This document shows positions 26,601 to 40,300 of a stretch of DNA of 64,000 nt, in pieces. This DNA is from Microthyrium microscopicum (taxonomy: Eukaryota): positions 1,933,345 through 1,997,344 of the forward strand of contig MU004237.1 in NCBI GenBank assembly GCA_010405405.1. The letters run 5' to 3'. Under the pieces are notes generated by a model, which was not told the origin of the DNA, did no database searches, and saw nothing but the letters and a program-made list of their open reading frames with translations. The position numbers and the translations under genes are program-made. Each line of letters begins with the position of its first letter. Position 1 is the stretch's first letter.

Positions 26601-29600
26601 TAGAGATAAACGCCTCTAGATAAGTAATTTATAGTATTTTAAGCTAAAAGTAAACTAAGCTAGGCTAAAAGAGCTAATAGTAACTTATAGTATTTTACTT
26701 AAGAAAGCTATTAAGACTTAAGAGTTACTATAGGACTCTATAATAAAAGTTCCTAGCTATTATTAACTTTATAAAAATCTTTTATAAGTATCTATATAGT
26801 ATTCTAAAGTTCTTAGTCCTAATAGATTATATAAACCTTTATTTACTTAATACGTCCTAAAATATTTTTACTATATATATAAGATAGATAGATTTCCTTA
26901 CTAAGTTTAAGTTTAATATTAAGTACTATTTAGGAAAAATAAACCCTATAGATAGACCCTTATAAAGACTAGACTATATCTCCTTAAGTAATATAGAATA
27001 AAAAAGAACTATAGATACCTTATTAAACCTTATCTAAGATAAACTATAACTATCTAAGGTCCTTAAGCCTAATAAAGACCTAGTTAGGTTTATTAATACC
27101 TTAGTTATATTTATTAGTACCTTATTATAGTACCTAAGAAATAATTCTTAAGAAGTAAATATTATTACTACGTTAGACGTACTTAATAGCTCTCCTACTA
27201 AGCTAATAGAAGATAAATAGACTTATTTATAAATAGAAGTTACTATAAAGAATAGTAAAGTCTAAGTTCTTTAACGTTTTTATAATAACTTTCTAGAAGA
27301 AGGCTATAAAGACTAATATAAGATATTAAAAAAGATTTAATACTATTATACTTAGGATAATATTAATAAGAATATCTAAGAGTACTATATAGCTTATTTA
27401 AAGTATAAATAAAATACGTCTATTAAATAAAGCTAAAATAGGCTCCTTCTACTCCTATTAATATTAATAGCTCCTTAGAAAGATATTATAATTAATTTTA
27501 TTACTAACTTACCTCTAAGCGTCTTCTAAGGGTAGCTATATAACTCTATTATAGTAGTTATTTATAAATTAACTAAAATAGCTTATTACGTACCTTATTA
27601 TAAAGATATAAATATAAATAATCTTACTAAGCTTTTCTTACGTAAAGTAATATAACTCTATAGCGTACTAAATATAATTATATTTAATAAAGGCCTTATA
27701 TTTATCTCTAAGTTCTAGAATATATTCCTCTACTACTTAAGGATCTAATAAAAGCTATCTACTATATTTTAACCTTAAATAGATAGATAAATAGAGTATT
27801 AAAACTAAGAGATTAAGTACTATCTATATATCTACTATAGCTAAGAGTAAGATAATTAGGCTAAAAAGCTTAATTCTACTAAGTTTATATATAATAATAG
27901 TATATATAGCTTAATTAGTATTACTTTATTTATAGCATATATAGATAGATACTTATATATATTAGAAGTATCTAAAGAGTACTTAATAAATACTACTTTT
28001 AACGCAAAGAAATTAGTAGAATATATTCTATCTTTTTAGAAAGCTCTTTAGGCTTATCTAGAGAATATTTAAACCTTATAAGCTAAATATTATAATAAAA
28101 GCTATAAGAACGTTACCTTAAAAGTAAATAACTAAGTTCTACTTAATATAAAGAATATTAGAATAGCTAAGTCTAAAAAGAAACTAGATATTAAGTATAT
28201 AGGCCCTTTTAAAGTAATAAAGGTTATTAATTATAATACGTATTATATTAACTTACTTAAGAGCGCTCTAGTTTATAACGTCTTTTATATCTCCTTATTA
28301 TAATAATATATATCTAATATATATTTCTTATAATAAATAGTCTTACCTTAGAAAACCTTAGACTCTAAAGAGATTAATTACTATAAAGTTAAAGATATAA
28401 TTAAATATAAAGTTAATAAAGATAGTACTTATTACTATAAAGTAAAGTAGAAGAACTACCTTATATTTAAAGTAAGTTAGAAACTTATTAGTAACCTCTC
28501 CTTAGTTATACTAAAGCGCTACTAAGAGAAGTTAAAGAAAAAAGGTATCTCCTTAGCTAAATTAGCTCTAATAAGAGTAACTAAATATAAATTAAAATAA
28601 CTTAACTTAGATAAACCCTATTTAGAGCCTAAGAAGCTAAGAGGATATCTAAAGAAGCCTTTAGTATCTATTAAATCTATACTAGCTAAGAAAGAGCTAA
28701 GTAAACTAAAATAGTTATAATAAGACTTAGAATAAGCCTCTTTTTATAAGGAAGATAAGTATAAAAGCGTAGTTACTCTATAGCGTATATAGATATATAA
28801 TAATAATTTATCTTACTTATAATTAAGATAAACTTATTTAGATAAAACTAAATAGTACTTAGATAGTACTATTATAATACTTTAGAATAAATAGGTTCTT
28901 ATAAATATATATATAAATATAGTCTAAATAGAAAAGACTTAGAGAAAATTTAGAACTAGATATAGAACTAATTTTAAACCTAAACCTAAAATTATTAGTA
29001 TTACTTTAGCTTTACTTATTAACTTTTAAAAAAGTACCCTTTAAATACCTTAAAATAATAATTTTAGGTTTATAGAAATATACCCTTAGATACTATTTAG
29101 GTTTATAAGAGAAGACTTAGAAATTTAAGAAAGTATTTTATTAAAAGAAACTATCTTATACTATTTATATAAATTAGTTTAAATAAAACTTAATAGCTAC
29201 TAAGTATTAATAAATAGCTTATAATAAACCTAAAATATAATTAATCTTATCTATTAAATACTAGACGTATTAACCTAATACTAAATATATCTACTAGATA
29301 CTATATTTACTCTTTAGACTCTTTAGACTCTTTAAACTCTAAATTATTATCCTTAGAATTAATTTAATCTATTATAACTAAATAATAATAAAAAACTACC
29401 TATTTATTTATTCTAAGCTTATACTTATTAATTTAGCTCTAAAGGGTTATAAACTAACTTATATTAAAAACCTTTTTCTTCTTTTTAGCGTTATTAGCTT
29501 ACTAAGAAGTAAGTATCTTTATAATGTTAGTAAGATTACTAATTTAACGTAATAAAGTACTTATAATTTAGAATAAAGTTAGTTAGAATCTAAGTAATAT

Positions 29601-31642
29601 AACTAGAGTACTTATACCTTTTTAGCTACTATTTATAAATAGTTTAAATCTATAATAATAGGCGTAAAGGTTATTATAGTACTTAATATAAGTAGTATTA
29701 ATAATAGCTCTAAGTAGAACTACTTTAGAGTAATAGGTAGCCTTCTTAGTTATAAAGACCTTTTTGCTATTTTTATAATATACTAGTATTATATAGATAC
29801 TATTATATCTATTCTTAGTAATACTAGAATATAAAGAGAAGGTATTATTTATAGTATTAATATAAATATATCTATTTATATTAGTTTAAACCTAAGTATA
29901 ATAAGAGGGTTTACTTATATCTAAATAGCTTTTATAACGTTCTTATTAGTAATATAAACTACCTTTTTAGTATAAAGGAGCTAACTTATATTATACTTAC
30001 TTAGATTACTATTATAAGTTTACTAATAAAGTATATAGATCTTTATTACGTTATAATATTTTTAAAGAAGGTTCTTAGTAATGCCTTTCTTATAAGGAAT
30101 AACTTAGAAAATAATTAGTAATAATTAGATTTAAATTAAATTAATTAGAAATAACTTACTTTAAGGTACTACTAATAAGACTTAGTAGTCTTATAAGTTA
30201 TATAGTAGTAACTATTTTAAACCTTAAAGGCTAATATATAGTCCTTAGAAGCTATATAGTACTAATTCTTTAGATTAGTATATAGGAAAGTCTTAGTATA
30301 TACTTTAGTATATTATTAATATAGATTAAGTATAAGAAACTATTTAATAATTAACTTAGCCTTATTCTTATATAGAATAGACTTATTTATATTAGATAGT
30401 TCTATCTTATTATTATTAAAGTTATATAAAAGACGTTTACTATCTAACTAACTATAATTAATTAATACGTTATAGATAAGAGAAGTTTAGTATAATTTAA
30501 ACTAAGCCTAAGCCTTATTAGTATATATAATATTATTATTATATATTTACTTCGTATTAAGCTAAGAAGGTTTAGATTTACTATTATAGTTATATTTAGG
30601 AGCCTTTTCCTTCTTTTTAGCTTAGGTAGTATCCTTTTTAATCTCCTTAGATTTAGAAAGCTCTAAAGAGAAGTAGCTTAAACTTAATAGTTTAATATAG
30701 TTATTATTAGTATTAATTTAGGTACTATTAATAAATTTAACCTTATTAATTACCTTTTTAGTAGTATTAGTATTAGTAAAATTAGCTAGTTTTATAACGC
30801 TAGTAATTAGAGTCTTTAGTAAAGTAATAGTATCTTTAGAGACCTTAGAGATATCTTTAAAGACCTTAGAGGCGTTAGATAAAAATAGACTAAGTCTATT
30901 TAGAGCCTTATTAGTTTTTACTTTATTCTTTATAGTAGCTATTAAAGAGAATAAGTATAAAAGGATATAAAGTATACTAAGTAGATTTATAAGGAAGCTA
31001 CTAGTAAAATATTAAGACTATTAGCTAAGACTTATTTTTATACTATAGCCTTATTTATAAAGGTTAGCTTTACTTAATTAGCTAGGGTTTACTTAGATAT
31101 ATATCTTAATTTTATAAAAGTAGAATAAAAAAAAATTAGAAGAAGTACGTAATTATAAGATTAAATATACTTTATTTAATACTTTCCTACCTAATTAGGT
31201 TAATAAAGAGTAAATATTTACTTTATTAAGTACTTCTTATTAAGGAAAGCTTTAATATTAATTCTTACTATAAGTAAAGATTCTAAAGAGAGAAGTTACC
31301 CTTAGTAGGTAATAACCTATAGATTAGGTAGGCTTAAAGTAATAGCCTAAAAAAACTTAAAAACGCCTAAGTCTTTAATAAACCTAGATAAACCTAAATA
31401 GGTACCTAATAGTAATATTTAGCTTTATAAATTATTATTTAAGGAGTACTTCTTTAAGTAACGTTTAAAACTAATAATAGGTTTACTAGGATTTACTAAG
31501 ATTATTATTTAGCTAGCTAGATAGTAGCTAAGTAATTTATACTATTATAATATAATATACTTTAAAGTATATTAGTACTATTAGAACGTAGTTAACCCTT
31601 TAGAGACTTATAAGGACGTTTAGGTTCTTATTAGAGGGATAA

Positions 31643-32002
31643 TATTAGGAATTAAACTTAATAAACTTTCTAAGATAGGTATTATAGCCTAAGTACCTTA
31701 GCCTAATAGTTATTAAAAGCTAGTAGAGCTACTTCTTTAGCTTTAGTATATTTTATAGTTAAAAAAACTAATAAGTTCTTAACTATTATAATTAGTAGCT
31801 AAGTATACTTTTAAGGTACCTTAGCTTATAAATAGACTACTCTAGCTTAGAGAGGAACTTTAAAAGTTTCTAAGTAATAAAATAGAGGCTAAGGAATCTC
31901 CTTATAGTTTCTTAGTAATTACTCTTATTTCTATTTCTATATGCCTAATCTATTAAGTATCTTATAACCTTTTTACTTACTCTATAACCCTAATTTCTAA
32001 TA
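31643..32002 (+). repeat. 3' LTR of element 1
   Basis: Direct repeat of 23267-23626, preceded by AGAGGGATAA and followed by TSD GTAAA. Confidence 0.92.
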
Positions 32003-33283
32003 GTAAATCTATGCCTATTTTATAGGCTATAGTAATATCTTTCTACTACTTTAACTTCTAGTTACTAATAGTACTATTGCTATTACTATTATAGCTATCT
32101 TTTAGTTAAGAAGTATAAAGAATTGTATTAGTTAAGATACGCCGTTTCTATACTAAATTCTACTTTATTCCTTAATAAGTAGTAATAGATCTAGGAGTAC
32201 TAAAAGGAGCTCTAAATTCTTAGCGACGTAAGGGCCCTATAGTAGTATTTTAAGTAGTAGGCGTCTCTATTAGTAGGCGTTAAAGAGCTTGTATTAGGCT
32301 CTAAGATGTTAAATCCTACGTAAAGCTATCTAGCTCCTTAGTAGGGGTATTTTAGCGTAGATAATTAGTATCTTAAAGCTAAGTTTCTAGTTTAACCTAA
32401 GTCTCTAGGTTAAAGTAGTATAGATTTAGCTAGTAAGTGCTAGGAATTAAGGCATATAGTAATACTAATCTTAAAGTAGGTTAAATATACTATAGTTTTA
32501 AAGATAATAATACTAGTAACGGCTCTAGCGTATACTTAGAATATTCTAAATATAGTAGAGGAAGTATAATAGAATTATAAAGCTTAGGATTAATCTAGTT
32601 TAATAGTATATTAAACGATATTAGCATTAAATTACTTAGTAAATTTCGTTATATTTTAAAGGAATTACTAATGTTAAAAATAGATATTTTAAATTTTAGC
32701 TTTATCTATATAAATAGCATTATTTTATATTATATCTATATTAAAATTAATATTATTAATTATTGTTTTTGCCTTTAGTATATTTAACGTATTTAAGATA
32801 ACTTTATAATCTTTATAATAATACTATTCTATAGGACTTACGTAAATACAAGATGACGTTAAAAGAAACCTCATGCTAGGCTTAAAGAGGAAATAAATAC
32901 GCTAATTTATTAGTTTAAATCTAATTTAAGGTCTTTAAACTAAGTTTAAGGGCCTTGAATAGGATTTAAACTTACTAACCCGATTAGGAAGAGATTAGTT
33001 CCTACGGAGTATTCCGAGGGACCTGGATTTGAATTGCTGACGCTGCCCATTTTGCAACGAAAGTTCCGCCAAACATTGAAGTTCATCGCAGAAACTCGGT
33101 GCTCGGTTCAAAGCATATAAATCGCCATCTTCACAAGGAAAAAGAAGCTTGGGCCCAGAAACCCCATAAACTGGCCCGTGGAAATTGTAGATCATCTCTT
33201 TTACACTTTCAATACTACTAATCTCTTCCACACTTTACCAATCCTTCTACCTCTTCTTCTTTACGACATAACCTCACATCACA

Positions 33284-35334
33284 ATGGCCAGCATGGCAGC
33301 ACAAGGACTCCACCAAGCGCCTCCACCCCAAGGACCAGGCTACAAACCCTACCGCGTCGCAACAAAAGACCGCATCTACCGACGAGGAGGCTACAGCGAT
33401 GAAGGATACACATACTACCCAGCCGTGATAGTTGGCGCCGGCGAGTCCGGCATATGTATGGCGCACAAGTTAAAACACGAGTTTGGAATCGACCAATTCC
33501 GCGTCTTCGATCGTCAATCTGGCATTGGTGGTACTTGGTATATCAATCGATATCCGGGCGTTGCTTGTGATGTGCCTGCTGTCTTTTACTCGTTCAGCTT
33601 TGCGCCGAATCCAAACTGGACGGTCTTTTATCCTACTGGGCCGGAGATTTATGACTATTATCAGGAGGTTTGTGATAAGTTTAAACTTACGGATAAGATT
33701 CAGCTTAATACGGATGTTGTTTCTTGTCGGTGGTTGAAGGACGAGGAGGAGTGGGAGATTGTGTTGCAGCATTTGGTTCCTGGGGCTGGAGATTTGAGTG
33801 GTTCGGATCGGAGGAAGCGGATTGATAAATTAGGGGAGTTGAGTGTTTATATTGGGCAAGAGAAGATTCGGTCGAAGGTTCTGATTAGTGCTGTCGGTGG
33901 ACTGGTAGGTTGCCTGTAAGCTTCTAAAGGGGTAGAAGGCTGACTTCCGTACAGGTTGAGCCAAAAGATCTTGGAGATATACCCGGAAAAGATACCTTCA
34001 AGGGCGATAGATTCCACTCCGCGCGATGGGACTACAGCGTTGACTTCCATGACAAGAACGTCGTAGTTGTTGGAACAGGCTGCAGTGCCGCACAATTTGT
34101 CCCATTCCTGACGAAGCCTCAATTTGGAGCCAAGTCAGTAACTCAAGTAATGCGATCCCCTCCATGGGTAGTTCCCCGAGTACCTACACCCGGTGGCGAA
34201 GAGTGGTGGGCAAAATGGGCCCCTTTTATTTTCACAAACGTCCCGGGCGTGATGAAAGCTCTTCGCTTCGCTGTATTCGCTGGAGCAGAGTTGCAGTTCG
34301 TCATTTTCGGCAGCGACGCCAAATCTGAGCGCGCTCGAAAAGTGATGGAGGAGCAAATGGTGAAAAGGATGAAGAGCCAAGCTCCGGCAAAATATCATGA
34401 GATGCTGACGCCGAATTATGCGATTGCTTGTAAGAGACGTATATATGATGCTACCTGGTATCCGTCTTTCCATAATCCAAAGATGGAACTCACAACTTTA
34501 CCGATTACCAGCATTCAAGAGAACAGCATAACATTGGGTCCTGGGCGCATGTATCCAGATCAGAATATTGCCTCATCTGTGACATCTGAGGAAAAGACCA
34601 TACCGGTGGATATCATTGTCCAGGCAAACGGCTTCGAGACACATCAGTGGCTCCATCCATTGAAGATTGCGGGTGACAACGGCCAGGACTTGATCGATAC
34701 CATGATGGAGCGTGGTGGATCGCAAGCATATCAAGGAACTGCCATGGATGGCTTTCCCAACTTCTTCATGATCTTTGGTCCCAACACAGCTACGGGCCAC
34801 AGCAGTGTGGTCATGGCCAGCGAGAACATGGTCGACTACGCAGGCAGATTTGTGAAGCTCCTGCTCAACGGCGATGTCAAAACTGTCGATGTGAAAAAGG
34901 AAGCCGAGATCGCATACACCACCGATATACAAAAGAAATTGAAAAACACCGTGTTCCATACCGGTGGATGTAGCAGTTGGTACTTTTCGAAGGATGGATG
35001 GAACTCCACAGTCCTTCCGTAAGTCACGACATTCTCTCGAACCCGGCGTAGCTAATTATTTTGCAGTTATAATCAGGTGTGGTTCTGGTACAGATGCCAA
35101 TTTACGCGCTGGGGAGATTGGAATATTCGCTACACGCGGAAAGGACTCATCAAGATGATCTTGAAGCGCGGTATTCGCTTTGTTCTGATGATTGCCGTGC
35201 TAATTGGGCTATATCGAGCGCGCCGCAGTGACACAACTATGCGTGATCGGTTGACTGCTGCGAAGTACATAAGTATCGGTGGAACTGTTGCGTTACTCGA
35301 CAAGGCGAAGCAGGCTGTAATGAACCTGGTGTAG
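33284..35334 (+). CDS. Baeyer-Villiger-type flavin-binding monooxygenase
   Basis: GAGESG, GGTWYINRYPGVACD, BVMO fingerprint FKGDRFHSARWD, VVGTGCSAAQ, ANGF, FPNFFMIFGPNT. Introns 33905-33954 and 35019-35066. Confidence 0.92.
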
Positions 35335-35599
35335 ATATAGATCCCAATTTGAGATTAGCCGTCTATCAGGCTGAGGTTGGCATGCAATTTTGCGAAGAAA
35401 TAATCCTGGCGTCGCTGGTCTAACTGGGAGTGCCGGAGAGCCGACTTCCCTACTTGAAGATTGTGACTTTGACAGATATCTATGTAAATAAAACCTTCCT
35501 GGAAAATGAATCTCACGTCAACATCAAGAATTCAAAATGAAGGTGAGTTTGAAAGAAACCTTGGAAATGATACTGACGAAGCCTCATGCGGTTAGTGTC

Positions 35600-35695
35600 G
35601 ATTGGCTGAGAATCACATGATTTCGCACTTCGAGCGCGTCAAAAGTGGAAGGCACGGACTATCAACAGTCGCGTTGGCTGCCTGTTCCAACGCGT
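35600..35695. promoter_or_regulatory. RAD51 proximal promoter: CCAAT box and MCB-like sites
   Basis: GATTGGCTGAGA (reverse CCAAT) at 35600-35611, GCGCGTCAAAA ~35634, TCGCGT ~35669, ACGCGT 35690-35695. Confidence 0.5.
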
Positions 35696-35793
35696 TCCCT
35701 CAACTCCCATTGCCACTCTACCTTACTGATCGAGTACCCAGTGCAAACAAAATCCCCAAATCTTGTTCAACCGTTTTTGATACATTTGAAAAC

Positions 35794-36990
35794 ATGGCCG
35801 ACAGTCAAGAGCAGTCCCAAGGCGGATTCGATGAGGCCGTTTCTGGCCCTGGCGCACCCATGCCGCTCACTCAACTCGAGGTTCGTAAATTCATGGGAAC
35901 ATGTCCGAGTAAATGCTAACTTGCGATCAGGGTGTGAATGGCATGACCAAACGAGACATCCAGCTCTTTGTCGATGCTGGATACCATACCGTCGAGTCCA
36001 TCGCTTACACGTATGTGCCTCCTTGGTAGTGGCGAGATAATCCAAGCTAACATTCATAAGTCCGAAGCGCATATTGGAACAAATCAAAGGTGTCTCCGAA
36101 CAAAAGGCGAATAAAGTACTCTCAGAGGCCCAAAAACTTGTCCCTATGGGATTCACCACTGCCACCGAGATGCATTTGCGACGAAGCGAACTCATATCCA
36201 TCACAACAGGCTCAAAGCAGCTTGACACATTACTTGCGGGAGGCATAGAGACCGGCTCTATAACGGAGGTGTTTGGAGAGTTCAGAACGGGAAAGAGTCA
36301 GCTGTGTCACACTCTCGCCGTGACATGTCAATTACCGTTCGACATGGGTGGTGGCGAAGGCAAATGTCTCTACATCGACACGGAGGGAACATTCCGGTAC
36401 GCGGCCAATGCATAATTGAGAAAGCCTCCAGCTAACATCGCCCTAGTCCAGTTCGTCTTCTTGCCGTAGCCCAGCGATTCGGTCTCAATGGCGAAGAAGT
36501 CCTAGACAATGTCGCTTACGCCCGTGCCTACAACTCAGAACATCAACTTGAACTCCTCAAACAAGCAGCTCAGATGATGACGGAAACTCGCTTTGCCCTG
36601 CTTATTGTTGATTCCGCCATGGCTCTTTATCGCACTGACTTCTCTGGTCGTGGCGAGTTATCAAATCGCCAGATGCATCTCGCGAAGTTTATGCGTACTT
36701 TGCAACGACTGGCGGACGAGTTTGGTATCGCGGTCGTGATAACGAATCAAGTTGTCGCACAGGTTGATGGTGGACCAAGTGCAATGTTCAATCCAGACCC
36801 CAAGAAACCTATCGGAGGCAATATCATCGCGCACGCATCGACTACTCGTCTCTTCTTCAAGAAGGGTCGTGGGGAGACCCGTGTGTGCAAGATCTATGAC
36901 AGTCCGTGTCTGCCAGAATCGGATTGCCTGTTTGCGATCAACGAGGACGGCATCGGAGACCCGAGCCCCAAAGATCTAGAGAAAGATTAG
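35794..36990 (+). CDS. RAD51: DNA recombinase Rad51
   Basis: PMGFTTA, Walker [20 protein letters not shown], Walker [35 protein letters not shown]. Introns 35881-35930, 36011-36060, 36397-36446. Confidence 0.97.
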
Positions 36991-37364
36991 TCGCACAAGA
37001 CCGAAAAGTGTGGCCTCGTCCAGTAAGAACGGCTCTGGAGTGGCATTCTGTTTCATCGTGGGGGGTTTCCAGCGGGCGTTTAGATGTTATGATGTATGCT
37101 TTGTAATGGAATAGATCATGATAGACCATTTTGTACAAGTTAAAAATGAAATCTTAAGCACAGTCTTAGTCTAAGATGTGGTTCTGTAAAAAGTTGGAGG
37201 TGACTCGTGAGACAACACCAACTGCTATAGAAGCTTGGACCACCTTCAATTGTTGTCCATCTCGCATCTGATGTTTCTTAAATCTTCCTAACTCACCTTT
37301 CTCTCCAACAACTCTCCGACCCCCCATCATCATCTTACAAATCCGCCACGGTCAATGGAACAGG

Positions 37365-40300
37365 ATGGCGAAGCCACGCGCCCGTTATAATTACACAGAG
37401 ACGCGCCTAAACCTCGATCAAGCCTACGCAGGCTCCACAGTTGAACTCGCGATACCTGAAAGCTCACACTACAACGCCCTCCAGCCAAAGCGAACAATTC
37501 TCAGCAGCTCAAGTTCAGGCACCGATGAAGCCAGCTTCTTACGCGACAATCTCGCCCTCGATTGTTCCATTTTCTTCAGACACGAAAACCGATACCCGCG
37601 CTCCTTTCTCTGGCGCCTTCTCGATGAACGCAAAGTCCTAGAAATACAATCCGTTGATTTGACGCAAGATGCTGGCGAGAAAGTAGAGGCTCTGCTTACG
37701 CTGCGCCTGCGTTTCCCAAGCTCGATACGGCCGTACTGTCTTGCCTTTGCGGACCCAGAAGTGAAGGATGCTTTGACCGTATATGCGATTACTGCTACGA
37801 ATGAGCTCTACACCATTACCCTACAGAAAGACTTGTTTGTACACTTGAAGAGCTCGGAAACATTACCTACGGATTGGTGTCGGATTTTTGCACCACCTGC
37901 GCTACGTGTTAGGGAGCCATTTCGGTTGACTTCCATCAATGCGGAGGAGCTGTTTGTTTCGCTGAGTGATGGCGCGTTGTTGAAGCTTGATCAGAAATCA
38001 CATGAAAACAGTGAGTTTCTCTTCCAAGTAGCCAAAGCGCTGGCTAGAATGCTAACATTTACCAGCGAACCTTTGGCGCGAAACTTACTTCTCAGCACCG
38101 GGCTGGAACCTTTCCCTTCCGCGTGCCATAGCGAAATGGAAGGGTAACAACTACGTCAAATACGGCGACATTGACCTTGACCCATCGAGCGCCTTGTCTG
38201 TGGCTATTTCTCCAGATGAGGAGACCATCATCACAGTCTGCCTAAATCATACGCTCAGGATATTCAACGCGAAGAATGGCCGCATAGCAATGCAGGCAGA
38301 CCTCACGGAACCAGATGAGCATAAGCTCCAAAATCAACCAAAATTCCTCATCGGTCCAAACCAGAAACAACTGCTCCAGGTCCTAGATGTGCCCGGTCGT
38401 GATGGCGACCAATTCTACATTGTGACATTCTCACCAAAACAACATGAGTTTACTTTCTGGGCAGTGCTGGATACTGAATCGGGAGTGGAAGGTGTACGCC
38501 GCGTACAGACCGATATTCGCTTTGTTCCCCCAATCGACGATTTGATGGAGACTTCGGCCTGGACTCTGGAGGAATTCAATATTCAAGCGAACAATGGCTG
38601 GTCGAAAACTAGACTTTGGCTTCGAGCACGATCAGGTCCTATATCGAGAGTCTTCACGGTTGAGTTCGATCTCTTCGGCGATGAAGATACCTTGGAACAC
38701 AGCTGGTATAATGAATGGGACGCTGTCAATGCTGGCCGACAAGCAACAGAATATCTCAATGATGCCGCCCCTCCTGAGTTTGAAGAGGGCAGTATTGGTC
38801 TCCAATCCCCAAGTGTCACCAACAAATGGCTAGACTTTTTATTCTACCCGGGTCGGTTTACACTTCCCACTCTAGAGACTGCTTTGCATGTCTACTCCAA
38901 AGGACCCAACCCAACTTCCAGATCCACACATCTCGCCATAAAAGGACCTCTCAAAGAGCGCATTGCTCAAGCAGTATCGAAAAAGGCATCCTTCTCGCTT
39001 TTGGGCGCTGATGTCGAAGAGCGCGAAATCAAATTCTCCGAAGAATGGCAAGTCTTTTATGGTCTCGTCCAAGATCTACACAAACGACGAGCCACTGCCA
39101 TGTCCTTCACATTCGATGACCATGATCGGTTACCGTGGATAGTTTCCGCAGATTTTGTCTCGCCTGTTCGACTCTGCAAGGCGCTTGATATATGTGACTT
39201 CCATCGATCTCCGGAACGCAATGACGTTGCAGAAGAGCAGGCCGTCAAAAGTGTGAACGCTTCATATGAGATGCTGGATCTACTTTATGTTTCTTACATG
39301 TTCTGCAACTCACTACCGCCCATGTTCATTGACAACTTGAAGCGAGTTCTCCTTCCAGAACTGCTCTCTGACCCATCATCCTCAATTGCTGATCGGATGG
39401 TGTCGCTACATGATCAGGCCGAGTTCTCTACCTACATCAATGATGAAGACTGGGAACGATTACACGAAGTGATGAACGACTCAGGAGAATACAATGTTCT
39501 CGATTCCGAAAACTTTGAGGCCATACTAAGCCAACTGGAAGAAGAACGTGCGGGACGAAGAGGCAACGAACAAACTACTCGATATGGCGCAAGAGCATTG
39601 ATACGAACATCGCAGGAGAATCTCTATCTCTATACCAAAACTCTGGTAGACCTTCTGATTGTCGTTATCTTTGTAGAAACCGAGATCGATAGGAAAGATC
39701 TTGAAGATGGGATGCGGCCAAAAATCTGGAAAGGTCAAGATCTATATGTGGCAATACTTGACAAGCTACGAGAACAAGCTGTGCTCGACTTTCTCATGCG
39801 TAATCTCCGCACAGAAACTACTTCGAAGCGGTCGCGGCGACTGTCAGTGGGAGATAGCCCAACAACACTACGATCTTCTACATCTGAACGTAGTCCTTCG
39901 TACACCATTACACTGATGGAGAGCTTGTTCATTGGTGACTGGGCTGCAATACACGTCCCGGCTGATATGGAGCTCCCTGAATTGATATCTTATTGGTCTC
40001 GACGATGGACTTGCGGCCTTGAGCTGAACTCACAGATAGAGAACTTCACCGCACATGTTTTGGCGGATATGATCAAGCATGGAGAAGATGCGCTGGCTTC
40101 TGAGTTTGCTCAGTATGTGCCAAACACCGGATGGAGCACATATCTCAAAGGACGTCTTCAACTTCTTCTAGGTGATTATGATCAAGCAGCCTTGAACTTC
40201 AAGAAAGCTGCATATGCGATCTGTAAGTCATCCTTTCTAATATTTAAATACCGCTAACACACCCTCAGCATTAACGAACATCTCTGAAATTGATACCGCC

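Larger units (their letters stand above)
23267..32002 (+). mobile_element. Full-length Ty3/gypsy chromovirus LTR retrotransposon, heavily RIP-inactivated (8736 bp)
   Basis: 360-bp LTRs at 23267-23626 and 31643-32002; TSD GTAAA at 23262-23266 and 32003-32007; purine tract before the 3' LTR. De-RIPed motifs: CCHC knuckle ~24817-24860, LRLCVDYRGLN ~25811-25843, VYLDDIL ~26114-26134, chromodomain (YKVKWKNYP..SWEP) ~28430-28490. Confidence 0.93.
21050..32460 (-). pseudogene. RIP-destroyed intron-containing gene or element ORF, split by the LTR element at 23267-32002
   Basis: A minus-strand frame from ATG near 32455 continues across the GTAAA TSD into 23261 and below, with TAA/TAG stops of RIP type. 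Canonical intron GTAAGT..CTAAC..AAG at 21924-21873. Ends approximate. Confidence 0.5.
20990..32950. repeat. AT-rich RIP-degraded block (nested repeats)
   Basis: Sharp fall in GC, large TpA excess, CpA/TpG depletion, frequent TAA/TAG stops. Confidence 0.95.
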
